Below, piece after piece: positions 1 through 18,104 of a stretch of 64,000 nt of DNA (position 1 is the stretch's first letter; every line of letters begins with the position of its first letter). Location: the NCBI RefSeq assembly GCF_009914755.1, contig NC_060936.1; one strand, given 5' to 3'. The notes beneath the pieces were generated by a model. That model was not told the DNA's origin. It searched no databases and worked only from the letters and a program-made list of their open reading frames with translations. The DNA comes from the human T2T-CHM13v2.0 reference genome, Homo sapiens. The position numbers and the translations under genes were made by a program.

Positions 1-1951
1 TTTATTCTTACATTTGCTTAATGCATTTATCATTCACTGATAGGTTCTTACTAGATTTGAATTATCTTCAGGGTGGCTAAACCCTGGTCTTTTAGAAAGT
101 TATCTGAAAATCTGTAGGCCATCTGCTTTGAATTTATTTTCTTGGACTAGAATGATCATGGTGTGAAATTTATTTATTGAAAACATGCTTGTGGAACACA
201 TAATATATATTTGACACTAGTAGAGACACCATGGGTTTCAGTAGCGCATAAAATAATCTTTAAGAAAATTGCATTCTAGTTGGGAATATGTACTATGAAT
301 AAAAAGATAATACAATATAAATTAGGTATAAGTGAAGAACAATAAAAGGCTAGAGAGGGACTTCGCCTGCCATTTGAGATAGGCTTGTCAGGGAAAGTAC
401 TTGTCACTTATGAAATGACATTTGAGCATAGACTGAAATAAAGGGTGGGATAGGAACTATGTGAATATTTGAGTGAAAATTGTATTAGGGCTCTGAAACA
501 AGAGTAGATTCAGACCATTGGAAAAGCCATGAGGACTCAGAGCTCATGAGAAGAGAATGGTAGAAAGTGAGGTTAGGTGAGTATCCAGGAGTCAGATCAT
601 ATAGAACCTTGCAGGCCATGGTCAAGACTGTATCTAATTCCAAAGATGATGGGAAGCTCCATATTGTCAAAGAAATCACTTTGGCATCTCTGAAGATGAA
701 GAGACTGTAGTAGATAACATTGGAAACAAGGAGATGACAAATGAATCGGCACCCCATAACATAAATCCCCTTAGAACAGCAGTATTTACTTACATGTGGG
801 AAATTAAGGGATAGGATAGATACAGTTTGTGCCGTGAGATTCTGGAAGCTATTCTGCGTATGTTTCTGGTCTTGGATCCCTGGCTACATCCAGTGTGTTT
901 GAAAGAAGTCTGATTGAACCAATTATGCAGCAGTTACCTGTAAATGCCCTGCTTCCTCCCCATGTTTTCAGGTCTTTTGTGAGCATTCTAAGAAATTGTT
1001 TCTGTATAATTTTCAAGTAGAATTCTGGGAAAAGAAGATTATCTGTTGTAAGTATTTTAGTTCTATTTTTTTCACATACACACATACACTTTAAGGATGA
1101 TTTTCATAATTAAACATTTACTTAATAACTGATACACTATCCCCCCCTCCACTCAAATTTTTAAATGTTAGGTCAAAGGCTAAGCTGCTAAAATAAGGAC
1201 GTGCAGTAAAATAGTGGCTTAATTTTTTAAATAATGCATTTGTCTTTTATAATAATCTAAAGATTATGAGGTTTAGCTTGGCATGACCCAAGATTATGAA
1301 GTCTTATTATACCTTCATCTTATAGCTCATTGCCTTCATCTGCATCGCTGAAGCTGTGGCAAAGATATGTATGTCCCAACTCTTGGGAAGGTGGAGGAGG
1401 ATATAGAGGAATGGACATGCTATTTTAATATCCACACAGAGAAATGTCATATATGCTTTCTACACACATCCCATTTGGCCATCAGCTGCTAGGAAGGCTG
1501 GAGAAAGTAGTGTAGGTGGAGGCATCTTGATGGGGAGTTAGGAGTTCCTGCCACAAGTACTCTTTCATTTCACAGGCAAAATAAATATCAGATCTTACAT
1601 GTAAATAATTGTAACCTGTTAATGTCAATAAATTGTAAGTCCAGGGAAATAAATAATACCTGAAATTGAAGTCTCATAGGTGGCATGCTAGAGATTAAGA
1701 ACAAAGGCTTCAGTGAGGTATTCCTCAGACACATACTGAATGCTTATTGTGTATTATTTATTGATTTAGGCAGTGGGGCCATAAAGATGAACTAAAACAT
1801 GATTCCTGAATTTCAGGAATTTATAGTTTGCCCAGTGAGAAATACAAAAAAGCTACTGAATGGTAGTGTGATAATGTAACAACAAAGCTTTGTGCATTTG
1901 TAGCATGGAGAAAGGACCAACCTGGCCACAGCAGTTCAGAGAAGGCTTCAC

Positions 1952-2999
1952 TATTGGGGGAACCCACCCCCGATATTTCGTAGGTTCTTTCTATTTTCCC
2001 TAAGTGTCGGCCGATCTGAGAAATAAAGAGAAAGAGTACAAAGAGAGGAATTTTACAGCCGGGCTGCTGGGGGTGACATCACATAGTGGTAGGACTGTGA
2101 TGCCCACCTGAGCCACAAAATCAGCAGGTTTTTACTGAGGATTTCAAAAGGGGAGGGGGTGCAAGAACAGGGAGTAGGTCATAAGATCACATGCTTCAAA
2201 GGGCAAAAAGGAGAACAAAGATCACATGCTTCTGAGGCTAATAAAGATCACAAGGCAAAGGGCAAAGCAAAGATCACAAGGCAAAGGGCAAAATCAAAAA
2301 CTCCTGATAAGGGTCTAGGTTCAGCTGTGCATGTATTGTCTTGATAAACATCTTAAATAACAGAAAACAGGGTTTGAGAGCAGAGAACCGGTCTGACCTC
2401 AAATTTACCAGGGTGGGGTTTCTTCCCCACCCTAATAAGCCTGAGGGTACTGCAGGAGACCAGGGTGTATTTCAATCCTTATCTCAACCACATAAGACAG
2501 ACACTCGCAGAGCGGCTATTTATAGACCTCTCCCCAGGAATGCATTCCTTTCCCAGGGTCTTAATTATTAATATTCCTTGCTAGGAAAAGAATTCAGTGA
2601 TATCTTCCCTACTTGCACGTCCATTTATAGGCTGTCTATGCTATATGGCTCTATTCTGCCTGACCCCGCAGGCAGTCAGACCTTATGGTTGTCTTCCTTG
2701 TTCCCTAAAATCACTGTTATTCTGTTCTTTTTCAAGGTGCACTGATTTCATATTGTTCAAGCACACATGTTTTACAATCAATTTGTACAGTTAACACAAT
2801 CATCACAGTGATCCTGAGGTGATGTACATCCTCAGCTTATGAAGATAACAATATTAAGAGATTAAAGTAAGACAGGCATAAGAAATCATAAGAGTATTAT
2901 TAGGGAAGTCATAAACGTCCATGAAATCTTCACAATTTTTGTTCCTCTGCCGTGGCTCCAGCTGGTCCCTCCATTTGGGGTCCTTGACTTCCCACAACA
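1952..2999 (-). mobile_element. MER11 solo LTR (HERV-K HML-8 family)
   Basis: Reverse complement begins TGTTGTGGGAAGTCAAGGACCCC and ends GGTTCCCCCAATA. Perfect 6-bp TSD CTTCAC at 1946-1951 and 3000-3005. Internal AAGATCACA tandem units. Confidence 0.92.
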
Positions 3000-4885
3000 C
3001 TTCACTGTGGAGGTGATGTAGAAGCTGGGTCAAGTAATAAAAATAGAAGTGTGCCCCACACATAGGTGACTCTTCCACAGGTGTCCCCTGAAGGTCTGCA
3101 GAAGATTTATCCAAGAGGTGGATTTGACATAGTTAATAATGAAAATGTGCACCCTGAGAACAAAACCAACTGCTTTTGTTGGCTTAAGTTCTAGGACAAC
3201 AAGACAAATTAAGTAGGAAACAATATAGAAAGATTGTTGGAGAATAAAAGAAGGAGACAGGCAGTCTAAGTTTAGTAGGAAGAGAATAGAAGAAGAAAAA
3301 AAATGTCCTTACAAGTGGAAGTGAGGAGAGCTGGTCACAATGAACACTTGTACCTGTTATACAGCAATGTAAAGACAGCTGAATGCATCAACAATTTTCT
3401 GTTTCTGACCTTTAAAAATTAACATATGAAACTATAAAATCATTTAATCTAGCACAATTTTCATAACAAGTAGAGGATAAAGCTAACTAACATAAATTGA
3501 GGACACTGAGTGGCTAAAGTGGTGCAAATTAATATATTAGAATCACACTTTGAGTATATAAGACAAAGTATTTTTCATATAAGGTTTTTTGAAATAGATA
3601 AATACGTAGCTATGAAAAATGATGCCACTAAATTATTTTAATTCATTTGGAAGTTTTATGCTCACATTTGTGCACTGGGTAGATATATGTAATACTTAAG
3701 TAAATAAATCTGAATAAATCAATATAGGTTGCATTCATTAGAATTATTATCAAGATTAGAGACCTTGGAGATATTGACTGTTCATTTTCTCATGCCAACC
3801 TTGACTTAAAAGCATTTCATTTCCATTACAAAGCTGAATAATATTAACTTTATCATGTATAGGTTTTATGGGAAATTTGATATATTTTAGAATATTTGTC
3901 ATAAATTCTTGGCACATACCATGATCTATGTTTGTTTTGTTTATTAGTTACTAGTGTATGCACTGTATTTGTGAATTTTTCTTCTCTTTAAATGTGTACA
4001 GCTCCTTTGGTTGAGCGATGTAGATGTTGTTAAAACTGACCCAGCTATTGCAATGATCTCATGTCTTTGTACCATTCCTGGGATATTTGGCAAGTTCTCT
4101 ATGAGACCTTCACCTATATTGATTGGCTTTTGAGATGTATTGATCAAAGAAACTGTAAAGGTTAACAGGAACATTGCCCAATCCTGGGAAGTGTGGTTGG
4201 TGTAGTCAGGGTAGTTGTCATGTTTTATGTACTGCCGGTGGAAGTGCTGGGGGTGTTTGTTTAATTAGAACTTTGATTAAATAATCACAGCAGAATTGAT
4301 CTAAACAATGCAGCAGGATTCCTGTTGACATCTTTTGCATCTTTTATATTTGTCTTTCTTTAAGAGAAAAAAAGCCTCTAAGAAACCAATTTGGCTTTTT
4401 TTTTTCATGAAATAGTGAAGCATATAAATGCTTCATAAAGGCAAAACATTTTTACACACTTTTGGTGTTTACTTAAATTATTTTTATTTTAGTGTATTAT
4501 TAAGCCTAGGCCTTAATGTTCTCTTTTTACAGCTTAGTACATAAATAAAGCCAAATCTGAGTTATAGGCAGGGTAAGAACAAACCCACAAAGCTAATCAA
4601 GCTCAATATGACAATATTAATTTACTATAATGAATGATATTGCTCTACTGGAGCTGAATGACTGATTGTAAAGTGTGTTTGATGCTGTGACCCTGGGGCT
4701 TTGAGTTCGGTGACATGTTCCCTGTGATGCCTCAATTCTCTTGTCACATATTAGTAATTGAACTTCCATAGAGGCTTTGATTATACAATGTGCCATAACC
4801 TTATCTGACCTTTACGTATTCTGCATGAGATTACAAAAATAAACAGTGAAACTGCATGAGTGCTCAGATAATCCAGAGTATGCTA

Positions 4886-5198
4886 TATTATTATTATTAT
4901 TATTATTATTATTTTGAGATGGAGTCTTGCTCTGCTGCCCAGACAGGAGTGCAGTGGCGTGATCTTGGCTCACTGCAGCCTCCACCTCCCGGTTCAGGCA
5001 ATTCTCCTGCCTCAGCCTCCAGAGTAGCTGGGACTACAGGTGCGTGGCACTACACCTAGCTAATTTTTGTATTTTTAGTAGAGATAGGGTTTCACCATGT
5101 TGGTCAGGATGGTCTTGATCTCCTGACCTCTTGATCTGCCCTCCTTGGCCTCCCAAACTGCTGGGATTACAGGCAGGCATGAGCCACCGCGCCCAGCC
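4886..5198 (-). mobile_element. Alu (AluS-type), tail converted to a (TTA)n microsatellite
   Basis: Full dimeric Alu in reverse orientation; (TTA)n run at about 4886-4914. Confidence 0.95.
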
Positions 5199-6444
5199 TA
5201 TTATTTTTTAATTGTATCAAAATGAAAACACAACGTTAAAAAATTCTCACGGAGAACTCATGGGCCCTGAGAATATCTCTACCGACTCTACTTGGAGAAA
5301 CACTACAATAAAGAATTTATTAGATCAAGAGAAAAGGAATCTGGCCTTCATTAACAGTAGAAATTAATGTTGTTTAAAAAATATTATTCGCTAGCCCTTT
5401 AATGAAGTGTATATAGCAGACAACAGTGACAATTTTAAAGTAACAACTTTGTTTCACATTTTGCATGTTTATTATTGTATAAACAAATATGTGAGGCAAT
5501 TATTACTATCATACTATCATATTATGTTCACTGAAGGAATATAACCTTATCTAGATAACTTACACAAACTTGTGTTGAATTGAATAGTCTTTTTTAATAT
5601 AGTGTGGTAGATTCTGTACCTTTTCAAACACTCATTTGGGAAAGTGTGTACATTAGCCACAGAATTATGCTAGATTTTTCAGAATGCTTGTATATGTGAA
5701 TGCATAACTGTGAAAAGTTACCTCTCTAATAGTTGAATTTTCTTTTTCATTTTAGTCCAGGTGGGTTACATATTTTTCATACGTAATAAAGCTTTCTTCA
5801 GCACTTGGGATATTTTCTTTACAAATACTCTAGGAAGCGTACAGAAAGTAATCAACTTTGAATTGTGTTATGTTTTAAAAAATCATTTGAAAAATTTTAA
5901 ATAGGAATTTGTAATCTATTTCTCTATATATCTATCAATGGTACTTTTCTGAGTGGTGTTTGGGTTCCAGTCTGGCCACCCAACTGCTTAACATATAATA
6001 TAGTTTAAATATAATGCATTTGCAGTAAAAAAAATCAATATTCTTGCAGTACTCATAAGGGAGGGAAATAAATGAATGTGAATTAAAAATTATTGGAAAT
6101 GTTAGTTTTAGAGAAAAACAGATTCAATTAAATATCTCTTGAGGTGGGATAAATTGAATCCTGTGGTGAATGGTGGAGGGAAAGGGGCAATCATGGATAT
6201 AATTTTCAAAAAATTAAAGGAAGATTTTGTGAAGGCTAGCTGGAAACAGATACATGAGAAGATCCTACGGTTTTGCTTTTTTGGTAGATAGAAGGTGGAG
6301 AAAGGCTAGAGAATATATGTAAATTAGGGCTTATAACTTTTAGAGTGTCTATTTTAAACCTCTCGTATTCTTATACAGTGCAATAAAACTACATTTTTAG
6401 ATAGCATGCATTTTTAGACACAATACCTATTTAAATACCACAGG

Positions 6445-7240
6445 TTTTTTTTGAACTTTTATTTTAGGTTTAGGGGGTACATGTGCAGGTTAATTACATG
6501 GATAAATTGCGTGTTGTTGAGGTTTGTTGTTCAGATGAGCACAGTACCTGATAGGCTTTCAGTTCTCACCCCCCTCTCACCCTCCCCTCTCTATAGTCCC
6601 CAGTGCCCAGTGTCTATCGTTCTCATCTCTATTTCCATATGTACACAATGTTTAGATCCCACCTACATGTGAGAACATGCCATATTTGGTTTTCTGTCTC
6701 TGTGTTAATTTGCTTTGGATGACATCCAGCTGCATTCGTGTTGCTGCAAAGGACATGATCTTGTTCTTTTTTGTGGCTGCATAGTATTCCATAGTGTATA
6801 TGTACCACATTTTCTTTATCCAGTCCACCATTGGTGGGTATCTAGGTTGACTCTATGTCTGTGCTATTGTGAATAGTGCTGCAGTGATGGAACATATGAG
6901 TCCATGTATATTTTTGGTAGAAAGATTTATTTTCTACCAAATATTTATTTTCCTTTGAGTATATACCGAGTAATAGGATTGCTGGGTCAAATGGTACTAC
7001 TGTTTTAAATTGTTTGAGAAATCTCCAAAGTGCTTTCCACAGTGGCTGAACTAATTCACATTCCCACAAACTGTGTGTATGTGTTCCCTTTTCTCCACAG
7101 CCTTGCCAGCCCCTGTTGTTTTTTGATTTTTTAATAATAGCCATTCTGACTGGTGTGACATGGTATCTCATTGTGGTTTTGATTTGCATCTCTCTAAAAA
7201 TTAGTTATGTTGAGCACTTTTTAATATATTTGTTGGCCTC
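6445..7240 (-). mobile_element. L1 3' end (older L1PA/L1PB type)
   Basis: ORF 6842-7189 (-) is the L1 ORF2p C-terminus ([22 protein letters not shown]). 3'UTR and T-run at the left end. Confidence 0.92.
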
Positions 7241-7895
7241 ATGAAATACTAGTTTTAAACGATTTTGATGGTGTGTAGTCCCTAGGTAAGGGTCTCTTCT
7301 GTGTTCACTTTTCTGTTATCCGGGTTAGGTTTTTTAGTTTAACCACACAACTCGTCTCTTACCAGTATCCTCACTTCTCCTGCATATTGTTGTTCCATTT
7401 CACTCTGTGGCAAAACTCCAGACCTGGATCAATCCAATTTCTTATTGTCTTCATTACTGTATCTGATACGTTGAATCCTGTTAAAGAAAAATCACGTAAC
7501 TACAAATATAGATTTAATATAAATTTATGGTATCCAGTGTCCACTGGGACTTCAATGCTGCATTTTCTTTTTTTCTTTAGCATTTCTCGAGTAAGTTTCT
7601 CTTTTACTCTCCAAAGGCCATTTTAAACTTTTGGCTTTCCTGCCTCTGTGCCTCAAGCTTAACAGGGTACATTGATTCAAACCTAGCAATGATTATATAA
7701 ATTTATTATCACCAGACCAACAGACTTGCCTGTATCCACACCCATTGTTTTCTCTTTCCCTCCTTTTAAAATAGAAGGTAATCTTTCTTTGGTCTCCTGG
7801 AGCCATTCTATCAATTCTTTTTAGGGCTCTTGTTCTGTTAATCTATCTTATACCTATCTCACTGCTGGCTCTTTCTCTTAAAAGCATGCATAAAT

Positions 7896-8221
<326 letters not shown>

Positions 8222-11200
8222 CTACTACTAGCTAGTTTCTTATCTATTTTCATTCACTGATTAACTTCAGAAAAATGCCTTTTAAATTTCCTTACCACAC
8301 ACATAACCAAAACCCTCTAAAATATGCTACTGCCTCATTTAGCTAAGGTAATTAATGCTTTCTTCTTATTAATTCCAATAGGTGTTCAATATTTTACTTC
8401 CTCTCTTTATTATGTCTAACATTTTTGTCCATTCTCTGCCAGTCTTCACTTAACTTCTATATACCATTCTGCCCTCATTTTCCTTTCTTTCCTGTGTTCA
8501 TTCTAATTATCCTTCTTAAATGCTTCTTTTGCCTGTCCCTTCACTACCTGCTTCTAGGTTGCCTTCTTTTTCCATTTTACACATCCCGCCTGGGTGATTA
8601 TATCTGCGCCAATGGCCTTTTTTGCCACATATGTGATGGTTACTCCCAGTGGCAACGCTGGCTATTCTCAGTTCTGTGTCATCAGCCCACATCTCTCTTC
8701 TGATGTTGAGATCATATGCAGGATTGCCGAGTAGGTGTCTATACATGGTTGTTCCACTAGCGTCTCAAATTTAAACGTGTCCAATGTGAATGGCATCACT
8801 TTCCAATCAGTTGCTAAAACCCAAACTGTGGCCCCATTCTTAATATTTCTCAAATAAGCTTATTTATTTTTACCCCTATTACGCAATAATCGAGTTTATG
8901 CAATAATCATTACATTAATGATTCTAGTTTATGCAATAATCATTACATTTTAAGAATGTGGAAAGCACTTACTTTTAAAGAGGATGAACATTTTTCAATT
9001 ATTACACATTGTTTTTCGGGTTAGTCTAAACTCGATGGGCATAACAAGACTCCGTATCATATCTAATATTGTTTCTTCATACCTTTCCAGTTCATCTCAC
9101 AACCCACTTCATCCTGAATGTTTTCTCTCTCTATACTAAACTGCCTTCACTTTTTCAGCCAAATGGCACATGCTGTGATGATTAGAGATATTGGCAGCAA
9201 CTCTCCAGTGAGTAAAAGCAGGAGAAAGTTACAATTACCCAATTATTAATGTCTATAGTGGAGAGATGTTAAAATGGTAAAAAGTGGATGCAATCCTTAA
9301 TTATTCTTTGTCTGTGTATTTTCTTTCCTTTTTATTGCATGCACCCTAGTCCTGTTGTGTGTTAATAACAGGCATCAATTGTATTTTCCATTCTTTTAGA
9401 CCTTGGACTTCTCCTTGACGTAGAATTATTTTCTCTGTCCACAATGGCCTGTTACACAGAAATACTGTTTTAAAATTAACAAAATATGCTTTACAAGATG
9501 TGATGAATTCTGATGATTTTCTTGTAAATTTTAACATAAGTATCAAGGAAATGGAAGACAATATTCCTTATCAAGACTGAGCACATATACATAGGGAAAT
9601 ACAGGATTTAACTAATTTTCTGTGAAATTACAGTCTGAAAATCACAGTAGTCTTGAAAGCAAAGATTATTGAAATACTGATTATTTTGAGCTTGAACTAA
9701 AGGGATTAAATAATTATCTATTTCACTTTGCTTGTGAATACATAGTCTGAAAATGACTAAATATTGATTGAAACCCATGTGTGAAGAAACTGGTAATGAG
9801 AAAAATGATAATTCTGAGTAATGGTATTTACTCTTTCATTTGAAGAAAATTATTTGAGAAGAAATGTGCTAGTAAATGTTTTCTAGACCACTATCAGATA
9901 ACTATTTTGAATGTAAGATAGCATTTTGTAATTGTTCTTGAAAAATTTAATACAATGCGATTCTTAAATATAAAATAAGTATTCCTCTGTGTTTTAGATA
10001 AATAATAATACATTTTACTTGTAAGTGTAAATGTAATGTTTTCATCTTTAAAAGAAAGATTTTTCTTTTTTAGATAACATCTCTAACTTTCCTGGTTTTA
10101 AGAGACATATCTCAAAATAAATTGGCTTAGCATAGTATCATCTTCAATGAAAATTATTTCAATGCTGTATCTAATAAATTGTAACTGTCTAAAAATGTTA
10201 CATTTCTAGAAGCTTCTTATGTTATATGAAAATATTTATATTCCTGAAAAATTCTCTTCCAAAAAAGATAGTTTTACTATCATTCCAGATCTTAAGCAGT
10301 TTTAGAATAACTGATTATTTTCACAGATATTTACCTGAATGCATAGTTAATGCATGGACTAAAGAATAAGTTGTTCATTGTAGTTAAAATTTTAATCTTT
10401 TCAATGGCTGCCTGTATGTGTACAAGTAAAACAAACAAAAATGTGTATGATTAATATGTTTAAAAGTAAGGTGCAAGTATTTTATATAACTCTTTCTATG
10501 GAAATTATACATATTCTCAAGAACAATTCATTTATCCATACTTTTAGTAATCTGTTTCCTCAGATATTTTAATTGGTTTTTAAATTAGTTTTATTTTTTG
10601 TTACGGTTTAGACCAGGGTTTGCAATGTAACATTGTGGCATTTTGAAAATATGCATTCCCTGTCTGCTTTTTCATACAGTTTTCTTTGATGTGGTTTTGA
10701 AGTTGCCCATGATCACTGCATTTTTACTACAATTTGGAAACTAGGGAACTATCTTTTTTCGTACAAGCATGATTTTCCTTAGGTGAGCACACTTGCTATT
10801 TGTGAAGCAAGTGATAATTTGTTCTGTAGAACATAGCTTTTTGCCAATTTTGACTAATCTTTATATTTGAGCTATGAGCATCTGGTCACAAAGTTATACT
10901 ACCCCAAAGACTGTTTTTGAAAGATTTTCCAGAATGATAACATAAAATTTTTTATTAATTTAGTTTTCATTATTCATAGCAATATGTTTTCATTTTATAA
11001 CTGAAATTTAAAGCTTTTACTTCTGTCTGATGCATTATATGTTATATTTATGTTATTTATAAACCAAATATATGTGCATACCATTTTATAATATATAAAT
11101 TTCAGTTGTTGCATTTTCTTTACAATTATTATTCCTGTATGTGATTTTTTTTTTCCAGACTCCAAATTTCTTTGGTGTAAGGACCAACCATTTCCTTCTT

Positions 11201-12594
11201 ATTTTTGTATCTGTAGACTTAACCTCAGTTTAGGACATGCAGCTGATACTACATAAATTGAACCAATGACAGGACATTTATGTGTTAAAATGGCTTTAAA
11301 TTAGTACCAAAATGATTCATCTAATTTCTAGTGGGAAGAGTCACACATTGTTATATCTAAATAAATACATTTTTTCATTTCCTCTAGGCTTCCTTCGCAG
11401 CCCAGTAATTCACACATTGGTAGCATAGTATCCTCATGCTAGCTGGCCTTGCTCCCCTGGGATCTGTATTGCCCTTGATGTCAGACTGAAAATCAATTTT
11501 ACTGGTCTATCCTTGTGTAAAACCATCAAGTTATTGACAAATTTAAAAACAAATTTAAGAAGGTGCAAAGATGAATGTGAATTGGGTGAACGGCACATGG
11601 TTAACTTTTCTTCAGTTGAAAAACTATTTATTATAAACAACCTATATTAAAATATTTTCCCTTTTGCTAATAATAGAAATTGTAACTCTACACTCAGACA
11701 TTTATGGTAGGATAAGAATATGTCATTCCATAAAAATAATACCTGTTTTCTTCTTTGATAATTTTCCACCTGAAGTTGATAAAAACTAGGTGAACCCTGA
11801 AATAGCAGTATCAAATGCCTTCTGTTTTGGAGTTCCAATAATACTTTATTTGAGTGATTATGAACTCATATGTTTTCCCATGCATATTCTCATACATATA
11901 TATTTAGATTTACAAATTATAATGGAAAATTTTACCAGAGTGACATTTAGCCCTGAAAACTACTGGAAAAGAAAATCGTACTATTGATTCTGTAAACCTT
12001 TTGTCTGTAGACCAGCTCTGGTGTGGTTATCAGGTTATCAAAACATTGAGGAGCAGCTGAAACAAGCAAGGCCAAATAGACTCCATCTAGTGGTTACACG
12101 GGACTGGTGCAGCCTCATTTAACTAAAAATTGTTTTCAGGGCAGTGGTTGACAACTCAGATGCCTACAGAAGAGGGTGGATGGGAGAAAAATCAATTGTC
12201 GGTATGTATCACACTTTCTGTATGGTTAGGGAACTATGGTGTAAGCATATAACATAAAATAAATAAGAGGTAAAAAATATATTTTAAACTCAGAATGAAA
12301 AAAAATGCAAGCTGTATGATAAATGCCCCTGGGAATAGTGAGTTCTATGGCAAACCACTAGGCTGATCATCTGGTTCAATTGATTGCTGTTATTCAAGAA
12401 CACAGGCCTGGTGCTGCTAGACTTCACAATTTTTCTAGAGAAACTGGAGATCTAGATTTGTATGTGAAACCTACTAAATTTAATATGCTGGTTCATTTTC
12501 TTAAAATGTGATATGGCCCCAACTTAAATACATCTTGGTCACATTTGGCTGTGACCTGCGATTTTGAGATCTTTGTTTCACACAAGGTCTTGAA

Positions 12595-15617
<3,023 letters not shown>

Positions 15618-16659
15618 TTTTTAATCTCATTTCTTTCAGAGGACAGAAAATTGGTGGGCATCTTCCATCAACACTGTAAAGTGAGACTGGATTATAAAGT
15701 TACTGAATTATTGGTAGTGTGGGCCTTGGTTGAATGTCATTTTTATTCAACTGGCATAATTCAAGATGCTGAAGTCACAGCTTTGGCTATGACTAGCTAT
15801 TCTCGTTGGTCTCTCTCAGTGTGGTACCTTAAATGATGTACCTAGTAATGTGATAATGAAGCATGGTCACTTTCTGCAGGGGTTGCACACTGAGATGTTT
15901 GGATATAACTTTCCAATTTTTGTCTTGTTTTTTTGAGTTCCATATATAATTCAAGTTCATGATTTTTATTACTTTGGTGTCTCTTTCTCATAATCTTCTG
16001 CTAGCGTCTTTGAAGTTCTTGAAACATAGCACTCAATTATAGAGTTTGCAATATAAAGTAGAATAAAACACTAAAATCGTGTTTTTTTTTCTTTCTGTCT
16101 TTCACCAGATCCCTTAACCTTCACCACACCTGTCCCCATCCATACAGAGGAAGTGAATAAATAGAAAAGAGAAAAATGGCCAGGATTCAGAATTCTTTAA
16201 ACTTGTCCAGAAAGTAGGAGAGACAAAAATGAAAGGAGCCATAAATAGACATGTGACCTAATTTCTTCTCCCAAGCCTCCTCTGTTCATTGTGTTGGACA
16301 GTCACATTCAAAGGCAAGCCATGGTCCTTCCAATTGCCCACCATGCCCCTACAGGCCCTTTGGCTCCCTGACCTGATCGACAACTCTCTTTTCACTTGTT
16401 TCTTCTCCAGGCCCCTGGTTTCCTTGCTGTTCCTTGATCGCATCACATATGATCTCCTTTACCTCTTACATGTTTGTATTTCACTGATGTTCTCTTTGCC
16501 TGAAATAGTACATTCATAGATATCCACTTTTTTTCAACTTCTACATGTCTTACAAAACTGTTGCTTTCTTAGTGAGCTCCCGGTGAGAATTACATCCACC
16601 CCTTCCCCTGCACTCTGAATCCTCTTTACTCTGCTCTACTTCCCTCCTGCATATGATTG

Positions 16660-16855
16660 AAGATTTTTTACCACAATAGATAATTTACTTATTTATTGTG
16701 TTTATTGCTTATTGTGAGTATTTTCTCTGCTAAAGTATAAGTACTTGCAGGGTAGAGATTATTGTCTTGTCTTGTTTACTTATCTGATGTATCTGAAAAC
16801 AGTGTCTGACATATAATAGATACTTAATATATATATTTTAAGTAAAAGAATGTTG
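16660..16855 (+). mobile_element. L2 3' end relic
   Basis: Degenerate 'aagt..ttgcagggtagagat...acagtgtctgacatataatagatacttaata...gaatg' L2 terminus. Confidence 0.6.
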
Positions 16856-17778
16856 AACTACTTATTCATTAAGATCTGGGAGTACTTCCCACAGCCCTCT
16901 ATAATTGCCCATGGGAAGGATTCTTGCAATAAATTTTATCATGTGTGGGCTTATAATCTGTTTTGTCTTTATTGCTAGAAAGTACAAAAACATGTTACGG
17001 GGAAGAGACATTTATATGTTGAGGTCTCAAAAACAGAAAAAAAAAAAGAACTGTGTATGTTGTATCCAAATACAGAGGAAAGTCATTTTGTATAATAATT
17101 AGTGTAAAAAAAAACTATAAAGGCAGTAGAAAGAGCAAAGAATATGAGGTCGGAAGACCTGTGATCGTGTCCTGTTACAGCATTTGCTAGTTCTCTGACC
17201 TTGGTTAGCTGTTTATTAGCTCTGAACCTTATTACCTTATCTTTAGATGTAAATAATAATATAGTAGAATTTGTCTTATTTGCTTTATTAGTGTTTAGTG
17301 ATATGTTTTCTTTATGAATATATACTTGCTTCCTTTAACAGTTACCCAACATCTATCTAAATTTGTAAATATTTTGTTTTTCTGTTCACCTGACAGATTC
17401 ACCTTTTGCAATACATAGGCTCTACAGGGACAATTCTGTGTCTTTCTTTTATCAGTGTTACATTCCCAACTCTTACATACTATGTCTGGTATATAATAGT
17501 TGCTCAGTAAAAATGTTGTGACATGAATGGTTAAGCAATCTTAAGTCATAAAGTTTATGTGACATAATAATAGTAGGTTGGTTTATAATCAATGATTATA
17601 ATACAATTGTTATTACTCTCACCATCTAAAGCATTATCATCATCATCAAATATGTGTTACTTAGGCTCCTTTAATCTACTACCAAGCGGGTGATCAGCTT
17701 CTAATATTACTGCCTTAAGTTAGAAGTTTGGTGAAATAATACAAAATACACTTTACTGATTTAATGGTCTTGGCATAG

Positions 17779-17967
17779 GTCTCCAAGCTGGCTGGTGTCT
17801 TGGTCAAGCATGGCATCAAGAAAGGTGACACTGTGGTTATCTACATGCCTATGATCCCACAGGCGATGTATACCATGTTGGCATGTGCAAGGATAGGTGC
17901 CATCCACAGTCTCATATTTGGAGGATTTGCTTCCAAAGAACTAAGTAGTCGCATTGATCATGTAAAG
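17779..17967 (+). CDS. ACSS3: ACSS3 internal coding exon (probably exon 3), 189 nt, phase 0-0
   Basis: Acceptor catag|GTC, donor AAG|gtaagt. Translates [63 protein letters not shown], the acetyl/propionyl-CoA synthetase '[16 protein letters not shown]' block. Confidence 0.97.
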
Positions 17968-18104
17968 GTAAGTGCTTTATTTTGGGAAATCAAGTAGTAG
18001 CTATGTATAATTTAGTCATATTTATCTGTGGATGAATCATCTGAGAATGCTCTATACTTGTTAGATCCTCCCTTCAAATAGGATGGTTGATAAATACTTT
18101 TCCT

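Noticed and set aside
11388-11600. Strong-looking acceptor (ttttttcatttcctctag|GCT) as a possible extra exon
   Set aside because: No convincing donor or ACS-like reading frame; such tracts are common in T-rich introns. Only RNA-seq could rescue it.
17800-17997. ORF-track boundaries for ACSS3 pieces (17800-17997, 26084-26311)
   Set aside because: These begin at internal near-cognate codons and run into introns; replaced with splice-site-defined exon coordinates.
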